Of a DNA stretch of 64,000 bases, positions 1 to 10,760 are shown one piece after another. A model generated the notes under the pieces. It made no database searches and was not told where the DNA came from. It saw only the letters and a program-made list of their open reading frames with translations. Both the position numbers and the translations under genes were made by a program. The stretch lies in assembly GCA_013265495.1 (NCBI GenBank), contig MU058387.1, positions 1,426,001-1,490,000 on the forward strand, given 5' to 3'. This DNA is from Vicugna vicugna. Taxonomy: Eukaryota. Positions within the stretch are counted from its first letter, which is position 1. Each line of letters opens with the position of its first letter.

Positions 1-429
1 GAGGTCTTTAATTACTTGGTCTGTCATTCACATTTGATTATTATATTTTTCCCTAAATGAGACTCAATTTAACTAGGTCTTAGTCATTTAAAAGGAATGT
101 TAACATTTTGCACATTTATGATTTAGGTTTCCAATAATTTTACAACTATATGAATATGAAAACCTGCAATGATACCTAGTCAATTTTCAGAAGAATCTTC
201 AGGATTTAAGGAATAATATTAAAATCATTAAAGTAGAAATGATAAAATGATTCTATTTGGATGTCAACACCTTCAGTCTGATACTCTTGCATTTGAAAGT
301 TCTGGGGATTATTTTTAAAAAAGAAAGAACAAGAGAAAGACATTTAGCCCAGAGGTTAACTCTAGGCAAACCAAAATCTTTTAACTTAAAAGGAGGAATA
401 TGCATACATTATGTTAATATTTAAAGCAG

Positions 430-525
430 TGAGAATGAAGTAGTTAAAAAAATCTGTCTGCCCAGGTTCAAATCCTGGCTTCGCCACTTAATAGCTGTGC
501 CACTCTGGCCAAGGCACTAAAAACC
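430..525 (+). mobile_element. MIR SINE fragment
   Basis: 'ggttcaaatcctggcttcgccacttaatagctgtgccactctggccaag' matches the MIR core (ggttcaaatcctggctctgccacttactagctgtgtgaccttgggcaag). Confidence 0.75.
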
Positions 526-681
526 TTATAGACGAGCTGACAGGAGACCAAGTTTGCCAGTTAATATGAGGAGAAAGCATGAACTTCAATAAGTGCTTAT
601 GTGACGGCTAAGTATTTACTAAGACCAATGACTTGAATTATTAAGAAATGATGTTGGATTTTGGTTCTGGCTCTTACTACT

Positions 682-1080
682 TGAGTCAGTTTGGGAGGCC
701 ATAAGAAAGCACCATACAGTAGGTGGCTTAAAATACAGACCTTTATTTTCTCACTGTTCTGGAGGCTGGAAGTCCAAGATCAAGGTGAACGTAGACTTCA
801 AGCCTCTCTTTGGCTTGCAGATGGCTGCTTTATTGCTGTGGCCCCAGTTGGCCTTTTCTCTGGCTGTGCACATTCCGTTTCTTGCTCTTCCTCTCTCTCT
901 TCGTAAAAGGACACCAGTCATATAGGGTTAGGGCCCCACCCTTGTGATTTATTTCAACCTTAAATATCAACTTAAAGGTCCTGTCTCTAGATACACTCAT
1001 GCTGGGAATTACAGCTCCCACATACAGATCATGTGTATATTGGTGGGCAGCAGGGAGTGGTCACAGTTCAGTTCATCACA
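682..1080 (-). mobile_element. MLT1 (MLT1B-like) ERVL-MaLR solo LTR, inserted into a MIR
   Basis: Diagnostic blocks 'ttctggaggctggaagtccaagatcaaggtg', 'ggcttgcagatggctgc', 'aaggacaccagtcat..ggttagggccccacc' and the terminus 'cacagttcagttcatcaca'. MIR sequence stops at ~680 and resumes at 1081 ('gtgacctaggccaagt'). Confidence 0.85.
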
Positions 1081-1389
1081 GTGACCTAGGCCAAGTGTCT
1101 TTAACTTCTCCGAGCTACAGATGCTCTATCTTAGTGAGGGAAATAATGTATTTCATTACTTTAGAAGTATTTCAATATAAAAGATACATGGTGTTAAATG
1201 TGCATGTTGAAATTTTTAATCGATACACAAAAAGTTCAATGTAAAGAAATAAAATGAGTTTTCCATTAGAAGAATTGTGACTACTAAGGGTCTAGTTTAT
1301 GGTGTCTATTAACTACTACCATTATTATTTTTGCTTAATGCTACAATATACACAGATGAAGGAAAACTACATCTATATTCTTTCTTTTA

Positions 1390-1605
1390 ACCACCTCTAT
1401 TGTGGTGTGGTTCCTATACAATAAACTACAAGTATTTCTTTTTTTTTTAACATTTTTTATTGAGTTATAGTCATTTTACAATGTTGTGTCAAATTAAACT
1501 ACACATATTTCAAATGTACAATTTGATGAATTTTGTTAGATGTTTTCACCAGTGAAACCACTAACACAATTAAGATAGTTAACATTTCCATCACTCCCCA
1601 AGAGG
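1390..1605 (-). mobile_element. old L1 (L1MB/L1ME-type) 3' end fragment, interrupted by a young L1 micro-insertion
   Basis: 'aaatgtacaatttgatgaattttg...ccagtgaaaccact..caattaagatagttaacatttccatcactcccca' is typical of an old L1M 3' UTR in reverse. Confidence 0.65.
1439..1494 (-). mobile_element. ~56-bp 3' terminus of a young (camelid-type) L1 with target-site duplication
   Basis: Poly-T followed by 'aacattttttattgagttatagtcattttacaatgttgtgtcaaat'. Flanked by taaactacaagtatttc (1422-1438) and taaactacacatatttc (1495-1511). Confidence 0.85.
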
Positions 1606-1620
1606 TGCAATTTTCAAATT

Positions 1621-2755
1621 CCCATGCACTTATGGTCAGTTAATCTATGACAAAGGGGACAAGAATGGACAATGGAGAAAAGACAGTCTCTTCAACAAGT
1701 GGTGCTGGGGAAACTGGACAGCTACCTGTAAAAGACTGAAATTAGAACATTCTCTAACACCACATACAAAAATAAACTCAAAATGGATTAAAGACTTAAA
1801 TATAAGACCAGATGCTATAAAAACTCCTAGAGGAAAACATAGGCAGGACACTCTTGGACATAAATCACAAAACATATTTTTTGAACCAGCTCCTGGAGTA
1901 ATGGGAGTAAAAGTAAAAATAAACAAATGGGATCTAACTAAGCTTAAAATTTTTGCACAGCTAAGGACACCATCAACAAAATGAAAAGACAAGCTACAGA
2001 ATGGGAGAAAATATTTACAATGATGTGACTGACAAGGCACTAATTTCCAAAATATACAAACAGCTCATACACTTTAATATCAAAAAAACAAACAACTCAA
2101 TCAAAAAATGGGCAGAAGACCTAGACATTTCTCCAAAAGAGACATACAGATGGCCAACAAGCATATGAACAAATGCTCAACATCATTAGAGAAATGCAAA
2201 TCAAAACTACCATGAGATATCACCTCACACCAGTTAGAATGGCCATCATTAAAAAGTCTACAAACGGTAAATGCTGGAGAGGGTGTGGAGAGAAAGGAAT
2301 TCTTGTACGCTGCTGGTGGAAATGTAAACTGGTGCAGATACTACAGAGGACAGTATGGAAGTTACTTAAGAAACTAAAAATATGATCATATATATATCAT
2401 ATGATCCAGCAATCCCTCTCCTGGGCATATATCCGGAGAAAACTATAATTCAAAAAGGCACGTGCACCCTAATACCAATAGCAGCACTATTCACAATAGC
2501 CAAGACATGAGAAACAATCCAAATGTCCATCGACAGATGACTGGATAAAGAAGATGTTTTATATATGTATATATGTATATGTATACATATATACACACAC
2601 ACACACACAGACGCATAACATATATACATACCATATATATATACAGTGGAATACTACTCAGCCATTAAAAAGAATAAAATAATGCCATTTGCAGCAACAT
2701 GGATGGACCTGGAGATTGCCATTCTAAGTGAAGTAAGCCAGAAAGAGAAAGAAAA
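1621..2755 (+). mobile_element. young L1, 3' part of ORF2; truncated at both ends, frames broken
   Basis: ORF 2173-2385 ([48 protein letters not shown]) is the L1 ORF2 Cys-rich C-terminal domain. The element ends at 'gaagtaagccagaaagagaaagaaaa' with no 3' UTR or poly(A). Confidence 0.95.
2560..2643. repeat. compound (TA)n/(TATATG)n/(CA)n microsatellite inside the L1
   Basis: 'atatatgtatatatgtatatgtatacatatatacacacacacacacacag...catatatatatac' is read directly from the sequence. Confidence 0.9.
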
Positions 2756-3457
2756 GTGGCATTTGATATCTACATTCTTAACCAAATAGCTAGTCTCACT
2801 TAAATCCTCCTTTGAATTCCAGTTTTATTCAAAACATAGTAACAACTGATTTTTAAAAAAGGTAACGGTCTCGTGCATTGAATGCATGTGATATTTTCAG
2901 GTGTTCTTGCTGTTTTCCAGGATCTGAGGAGTAAACGGCAGCTACAAATTGATTCCCCTACTTTGCCTCTAGCAGATTCCAAGTCACTTAGCTACGTTAT
3001 GTTGATCGCTTAACACAGTTGAATTGAGGCTTTTTGTTTTTCTCAAATGTCCCCCCAAAGTATTTTTTAAAGTAATATATGCTCTCAAAGATCTTCAGGT
3101 GTCATCTTCAAATTTTCACTCTTCATTTAAAAATTTGTGAAGAAGATAGTGTCTAGTGTATTGTAAATATTGATGCTTTAAACTGTAACTGCTAAGTGAA
3201 TCTTTTAAGTGTACTAAATGACTACAAATATTATAATTTAATATCCATCATTAGAAATACATATACACATGTTCTTCAAATATTGCACATTTAATTCTCT
3301 TTTCTCTTCAAACCAATTTTTCTACTCCACAATCTACTCATAATGTTACCCTAATCTAATTTTATGCTTGAAAATCTTTTACTGATCATAATATTATATT
3401 CCTCTCTGCAATAATTATATATGTAGCATATACATGTGTACATGTAACAGATAGATA

Positions 3458-3689
3458 CGATTGTTGCTTGAACAACACAGGGGTTCTGGGTGCCCACCCT
3501 CTGTTGTCAAAAATCTGTGTATAATTTATATTCAGCCTTTCATCTCTGAGGCTCCTCCCACCACGATTCCTCCTTATCTGTGGTTCTGCATAGCAGATTC
3601 AACCAACCTCAGATCCTGTAGTGCTGTGGTATTTACTATGGGAAAAAAATCCTCCTGTCAATGAATCTGTGTTGTTCAAGGATCACTTG
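3458..3689. mobile_element. Tigger2-type (TcMar-Tigger) MITE
   Basis: Degenerate terminal inverted repeats 'cgattgttgcttgaacaacacag' / 'ctgtgttgttcaaggatcacttg', a TA dinucleotide on each side, and internal 'gattcaaccaacc'. Confidence 0.8.
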
Positions 3690-3962
3690 TATACATGATG
3701 CTTTTATATCTGTTACATGTATACATACATATCTTACATATGTATGTATATGTGTGTATATATATTCGTATGTGTATTGAGAGAGATGATGTTTAAAATT
3801 TTTGTCACTATCAGTTATAAATCATTTTAATTCATCATTAGTACAAAATGTATCAAAGCAACATACCTTACACATTATATTAAATAATTATAAAGCATTA
3901 ACAGCAACATTTTTTAGTATTGCATTTCTTAATGAGATGGATTCTGTTTGCTCTAAATAATT

Positions 3963-4150
3963 CTTTTTTTAATTGAAGTGTAGTTGATTTACAATGTTAT
4001 GTTAATTTCTGGTGTACAGCATAGTGATTCAGTTATACCTATATATACATATATGTATATTATTTTTATATTCTTTTTCATTATAGGTTGTTGCAGGATA
4101 TTGAATATAGTTCCCTGTACTATACAGTAGGACCTTGTTGTTTATCTACT
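3963..4150 (-). mobile_element. 5'-truncated L1 3' UTR (artiodactyl-type)
   Basis: Poly-T then 'aattgaagtgtagttgatttacaatgtt...gtacagcatagtgattcag...tatacagtaggaccttgttg'. Likely TSD aaataatt at 3955-3962 and 4153-4160. Confidence 0.9.
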
Positions 4151-5529
4151 CGAAATAATTATTTTTTCCCTGGGCATGTATCATTTGCTCCTCATAGTAG
4201 AAAATACAGATCATCAATTATATTTTTACTTCACATTTTTATAAATGAAAGCAATAAAAAGCTTGTTCAGCTAAATAATGTGTAATTGGACTCATTACAA
4301 ACTACATGCAAACTATCACTGTTAGATATCAAAAGTTGCTTTTAATAAGCAATCAGCAGGGAACTCTTATTTGAGCCTTCTTTATTTTTGTCAAAAACAT
4401 CAATTTACAAAAAGACTGTTCTCCAGAAATTATTTACCTTCTTCATTTCCATAAAGTGCTCCCCCCCAAAAAAAACCCCTCACCTTTATTGAGGCTAAAC
4501 TAATTATTGTTAATTATAGCCATTATTCTTTTTCTTAGAGGAATCTTATTTAACTGGGCACACTCGAAAATAATTTGGGAACATCAACTAATATTTACTT
4601 CAATCTCATTTGTCAAAGCAGTAGCCTTGGTAATAGGCTTTAATCTCACATGATGTAAGCGTATTTTCAGCTGCAGATGTTGACTGAAATGTGGGTGAGT
4701 GACTGGAGAGATTCTCCATTCTCAGTGAGAAAGACCAAAATGCAGAGAGCGGATCAGACAGCTTTTCCTGAGCTGACTTTCAAAACCTTTCGGATATTTA
4801 GAATGCCCTTCTTGTGATTTGGTCTCCTGAATGAAATATACTATTACTGTCTTTAATATATTTAACCAGTGTTCTGTTTTGCTGGTTTTCACAAGCTTTC
4901 CCTATGGGACCAAACCACTCATTTTTTGAATACCAAGGAAGGTTCTCACTCTGTCGCCCAACATATGATATATGTGAATTCATGGGATTATGATTTGTGA
5001 AAAATATTCCATTTCTAATGACATTCTTCACCAGTAACAGGACTATTTATAAAACAGGGAAGACACAAGGCATATTTTGGGTTCATGGTGCCTCAATTAC
5101 TGGAGAACCAACACCAATATTTGAACTACTTGAAGACCAGAGACATAAGCACTCTAAGGAAATATACATTCGTAAAATCTGAGGTCAGTGAGAATTATGC
5201 TTTTATTAGTTGTAAGAAGAGCTATTGTGAAATGAGAATCAGGTTAAGAGAACCAGCAACACACCGCAAACACAGGTGTATTCTCCATTTTAGGGGAAAA
5301 AATGGAAACATATGGAAATGAAGGCTCTGAAAGGAACATTCTCCAAATTATCTATGCCCACACACCACTTGGAAAAATTTAACATATCCCTTAGGATATG
5401 CATACCACATTTTACCAGATCACAGCTATAATACAGCAAGACGTGAGATATGATGGGGAGCACATGGGTTTTACAGTAAGTCTGACTTCTTTCTGAACCA
5501 TGCATCTGTAATTTACTACCTTTGTGGAT

Positions 5530-5670
5530 TCCTCAGTATCCCCAAGTTTCACTTAGTTTACGTTTAATCAATAGAAAAGAGATATCAATTCCTAGGGTGA
5601 CATGAGATTTATGTGCAATAATCTGTGTAAAGTACCTAGCGTAATGGTCTGGTGGATGATTGGTGCTTAA
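5530..5670 (+). mobile_element. MIR fragment
   Basis: 'ctagggtgacatgagatttatgtgcaataatctgtgtaaagtacctagc...tggtgcttaa' resembles the MIR 3' half. Confidence 0.55.
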
Positions 5671-6889
5671 AGATGTCTGTCTGATTGTTCACCATACACA
5701 GAATAAATTATTTTTCTGAGAAATCACTTTTGCACTTGGTGAAACAGGGAAGATACCAAACACTTCAAATCATCAGTAGTTTATTTTATGTAAAAATGCA
5801 TTTATTGAATTCCTACTATTTGTAAAGCATTGCAGCCTTCATGTTTTATGTTCTACATTATTAAAATCATTTCATGTTGTGATTTATTTTGTACAGACAT
5901 CCATACTGTAAATTCCGTGTGTATAAGTATTTGTAAAAATTTCTGTGGGGAACGAAAATGTTGCTGTGCCTGGAATACGCGTGTTAGTCTGCTCATCATA
6001 TTCTGTCTTCTGAAGTCAAGCTTCACGTGGGAACCGAATGGGAATGTTTCCTACCAAGCATGGAGCTAGAATAAAGGGAAAAGGGCAGTTGTATGACTTT
6101 CTTGCTGAATGGCATCAAATGAAGGTATCATGATGACTCTCTCTTACAAGAATAATGGTCTCCTTCAGGGGGCCACAAAGACTCGAGAACTTTTGGCTAA
6201 AACATTCTCCCCTCTCTGCATATTATTGATTATCTTGTAGATGCGCTTTATCTCCATTGAGAAATATTTGGACAAAAATGATCGTGATTTTTCCTTGTGA
6301 TTTCTATTCTTTTCCTGTGGATTTCTTGGGTGGCCCATTGGTGTATCTATAGATGTGTCTTTTTCTTTAGTTATTGTTTTATAAAAAGGCCAATCAAACT
6401 CTAGTGGCTTAGGAGCAAGTTACCTTTTAGGTGCTAGAAATACGGAGATATCAGTACTCTGATAAGTTATTTTTATAATTCAACTCTGTTTAGAAATCTA
6501 ATCTCTGTAATTTCCAACTCCTTAAATAGTAATGACCACAACATTATTTCTACTTAAGACTAGCATTATTTTTTTTTATTAAACAGAAGCATTAGAAGCT
6601 AAATATAGCAAGGAACTGTATATCCTAACATAATCAAATCAGAGAAGGTTGAGGCATTTTCAGTAAAAGCAGCTGTAATTAAAATTGTCATTGATTCATG
6701 TTTATAATATTTCTGTTAGTGCGTTCCATTGTATGAAAATGTATTCTCAGATTATGCATAGAGGTATCATTTCATTTTTTGTTAACTATGGTCAATTTAA
6801 AATAATCATCTGCTAAGATCTTATTGTATTTTGTGAAGACCAAATCAAGGGAGGCTTGGCCAGCAAAACTGCACTTGGAAAAAATATAT

Positions 6890-6980
6890 GAAAGAGAAAA
6901 GAAAGAAAGAAAGAAAGAAAAAGAAAGAAAGTTATTAAATAAAACAAATGGAAAGAAATAAAAGGAAGAAAAGAAAAATC
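6890..6980. repeat. (GAAA)n / A-rich simple repeat
   Basis: 'gaaagaaagaaagaaagaaaaagaaagaaag' is read directly from the sequence. Confidence 0.9.
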
Positions 6981-7512
6981 AAATTGCTTTCCAAAAAAAC
7001 CTCACTCCCCACAAAAGGCATTTTTAATGTTGAAATCCGAGTATGTCTTTTAGCTGTGAAAAATATCTACTTATTTTATAAGATGTTTTTTCTGAAAATA
7101 CTTGAAGACCAAAGCAGAATGAGTTGAATATTTTGAAAATTCAAAAATGGCTGCATGGCTCCCAACTTTCTGTAAAAGAGTCTAAACATGTATTAGTGCA
7201 TTTATTTTTTAACTCTATGTTATTTCAACAGGATATTTCAAGCAGCTGAGAGTTTCTGCTTGCAACATGTGGGATATCAGTACAGTTGGAGCACTTATTC
7301 TGGCCCCATTCTGTGAGGCTTCTTCCTGAACGATGTATTTATTCTGGGCACCGGAATCCTGACGACAATTGTCAATACGGTCCATCTGGTTCAGTGAAAC
7401 CCCAGACGGCTGAAACTATAGAGAAAACCACTAACAGGACAAAATCTACATGATGGAAGAAACCATGTGCAAGTTGTTAAACTGTTAACCTAAACACATA
7501 TTTTAATTTCAG

Positions 7513-7568
7513 AAAACCATAGTTAATAGGCAACTCTACCTACAGCATGGCTAACAAAGTTCTCAGAG
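7513..7568 (+). other. candidate exon (unassigned); an alternative upstream acceptor would give 7232-7568
   Basis: Acceptor 'atattttaatttcag|', donor 'GAG|gtgagt', and ATG at 7547 in strong context (agcATGG) giving MANKVLR. Confidence 0.3.
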
Positions 7569-7699
7569 GTGAGTCTGAGATTTACAAATTTTCCTGAATC
7601 TACTTGAGTATTTTTTTTTAAATTATTTTGCACAGTAATTCCTATTATCTCTTCTCTACTTTTTATTTAATTGCCCAAAATTTTTTATAAAAATCAAAT

Positions 7700-8065
7700 A
7701 TCCATTGAAAACATACGGATATGTTAACTTCGTATAGTCACTTAATGGAAATCCAAATAACAAAATGAATTATTTATTGTTGTATGAAATAAAATGGATG
7801 AATAAATACCACAAACATGAAGCAACAGCAGTAAATAAAAAGTACACACTATAAGATACTATAAGATACCATGTATCAGCTGTTTATGTTTGGGGATGGA
7901 ATAAAGGCATGAATAGTGGTTCTGAGATTGCACAAGAGGGGGCTTTTTAAGGGTGTTGAAATTTCTATTTGACTTGGTTATTGTTCAAAAATGTGTTCAC
8001 TTTGTGATAATTTATTAACCTATAATTATACACCAATTTGTACACTTCTTTGAATATTAAAAAAG
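7700..8065 (+). mobile_element. old L1ME-type 3' end
   Basis: 'aaaatggatgaat...aagtacacactataagat...gcacaagagggggc...tgtgttcactttgtgataatttattaacc...tgtacacttctttg' follows the order of L1ME 3' UTR motifs. Confidence 0.6.
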
Positions 8066-8652
8066 AGTAACACAGGGGGTGAGGTTGTGTCTAAATAATG
8101 GGGGCTTGAATTTACATAATGCAAAACCATTAACTTATTAGACTCTTTCGATCTCTAGTTCTGGGATTCTGTATGTCAGGCCTTGAGGTCCATAATTGTT
8201 CTAAAGGATGGCCAGGATAGGTCTTAGGGTTTTAAGATGTCATCAGCGGTATAGGTTGAACAAATCATTAAAGAATGGCTATTCTTTAACATCATACTTC
8301 GCCATTCAGCTACACCCTGCTAAAGGAGATTACTTCCTGGTGTAACTCAATGAGCATAGCATAATAAAGCATTTCCCTGCCACAGCGAACTTGGTATTGC
8401 TAGCTCATTTGGTAAAATGAATGCACCTTACGTGTCCCCAGCCTGTGACAGAAATTATAAATAATCATGCTTTCATTTCACAAAAAGGAAGCTGGAAGAA
8501 AGTAATTTAAGTGGCTTGCCTGAGGTGGCTGATGGGATCAGTAGCAAAGTTAGGATCAGAGACACTCAATCCGTTTCTCCACGTGCGTGACTCCCCTGCC
8601 AGCTCTGTGCTTCTGGTGAGAACTTTTCCCAGGGTAGCACAATAGAACTTAC

Positions 8653-8765
8653 TTGGCAGTTAAAGTCCTTGTTGTATTTCTTCCAGGAAGAATGAAAATT
8701 GAGCACAAGCTTTCAAGATACGCTGTGATTATTGCGATACAGGCTACGGTGGATTTACCCAACAG
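8653..8765 (-). other. candidate exon (unassigned)
   Basis: Minus strand: branch-like 'tctaac', acceptor 'gaccctacag|', donor 'CAA|gtaagt'. Confidence 0.3.
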
Positions 8766-10384
8766 CTGTAGGGTCACAAATTCAGAGGAAGTTAGATAAA
8801 ATGACTTCACGTTTAGGGGTTCAAATCTGAAGAGTCCTATTTCAAAGTGCATTAGGGAATAAAATCCCCCAAATAATAGCAATAATATCACCATAACCTA
8901 AAAGCAATGACCTTCGTGTAGTAGTCGGAATGGTCAGCTGAGAAAGGTTGGAGCAGCTTGTGTCTTGCTCCAGCTCAACACATCATAAACATTCAGTGAG
9001 CCAGTTCTCCCATGTAAATAGGATGCAGATGCAGAGTTAAACAATGGAAATGATTTCTGGTGAGGAAAGGTTAGGGAACCAGCCTGGATCTCTCATTGCA
9101 GGCGATTGTATGTTGTATCTGCCATCGGCTGCGTTACGAGATTTTGGCACTGGCCTGCAGGATTTACCCACCAGCCGAGTCGGGAGACACTTAACTTCTG
9201 TGACACTCATAAAACTATATAGGAAACGCGATGGATTTCATGTCACCTTTAACAATATATTTTAAGTTTAGAAAAGTTACGGTTGGGAGCCTTGTTCTCT
9301 CAGATTGATTTAAATGCTCCATGTTGGTGTTTATATTGTCCCTGCTGGGTTAAAGCCAGGAAGTACTCAAATGTAAGAGCTCTAGAAATAGAGAGAAAAA
9401 ATACAATCACCGAACAACAAGACACCTCATTTCTCACACCTGTGGCTTCCTAGGTGGGTGGGTGGTTTAGGTAACACACAGGGTTGTGCAGGGTTGGGAA
9501 GAGGGCAGTTAACTTTGGGAGGGATACACATGAGTGAGGAAAAAAATATTTAAAAAGGGAAATTTGTATAACTCCAATTCTTGAAGTTTGGAATCAGCTA
9601 TCTAATAGAGAGTTTGTCTGGAATTTTGGTATATGAATCAGTCAATGTTTTGGAGAGAAGATGACACGTTCTTCTGGACTTTAAGACAGAATTCCATTTC
9701 AGGTCAGGCACAAGAACATGGGGCTCCGTTAAATGCAAACTTGCATCCTTTACCCAGCGATCCCTGCAAAACAAACATAGAAGTACTCATAATAAAAATG
9801 AGTATGGATTTTAAAATCTGGTTTCAAAGAAACCCAGAGACATCCTAAAGGGGAAATAAGATTTGTGCAAACGTTTCCTGATTTTCAGACATAAGCAGGT
9901 GATTATATCCGTCTATTTTTGGTCTTTAATTACCTCTTGAAGAAAAGAAAGTTCTATAATTAAACATTTTGCTGAGAAAACTCTTGATCCTAATGCATCA
10001 GAAAATAATAGTCTTATGGAGTGGCTTGGAAATACTGGCTTATCTGGGCAAGTCAGTTTACATTAGACCTTAAGCATCAGCTAAAACAGCATGTTGGTTT
10101 GTTTCCCTTTTGGATATTGCCTGTGAATTACATTGTCTAGCTGCTTGTTACAGCTCTTGCATCCATTCTAAGCCTGAGAAGTTATAACTGGTCAGAACAC
10201 AAATTCATATCCTTGATCCTTACACTATTCTGCTCAAACTCTATTTATCTCAGTGTCTCCTATATTTACTCAAGGTCTAAATTTCTCCACCCAAATCACC
10301 ATATACATTCTCCTTACTCTGGCTCCCTTCACTGTGTTGAAGTTTTCATCCTATTAACACACTTATTGCTTGGCTTGTAGGAAG

Positions 10385-10760
10385 CCCATTAAAAAGGAAT
10401 AAATAATAGAAAGACAACTAGAAAATCTACAAACATTTATATATATTTTTTAAAAGGGACTCTTTCAAATAATCCATGATTTTAAATTATCATACAGAGA
10501 AATAGAAAATATTTTATCTTGAATAACAGCAAAAGTAAAACATATCAAAAATGTGAGATGCTCCTAAAGTGATGCTTTGTGAGAAATACATGACTTTAAA
10601 TGATTATATTGGGAAAAAATGAAGATCTAAAATCAATGGCCTAAGGTAGCTTCACAAGCACCTGGAAGAGAAAGGGCTTGGTAAACCCAAAGGAAGGGAG
10701 AAAATACTCGACGTAAGAGCAGAATCAATAAAATTATAAGACAAAAACTGAGAAAATTAG
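10385..10760 (+). mobile_element. old L1 ORF2 fragment (downstream of the endonuclease domain)
   Basis: 'aaataatccatg...gaaaatattttatcttgaataacagcaaaagtaaaacatatcaaaaatgtgagatgctcctaaagtgatgctt...gaagatctaaaatcaatggcctaag'. Confidence 0.75.

Noticed and set aside
1645..2040. 131-aa hydrophobic minus-strand ORF
   Set aside because: It is the antisense frame of the L1 ORF2 at 1621-2755; such frames commonly mimic membrane proteins.
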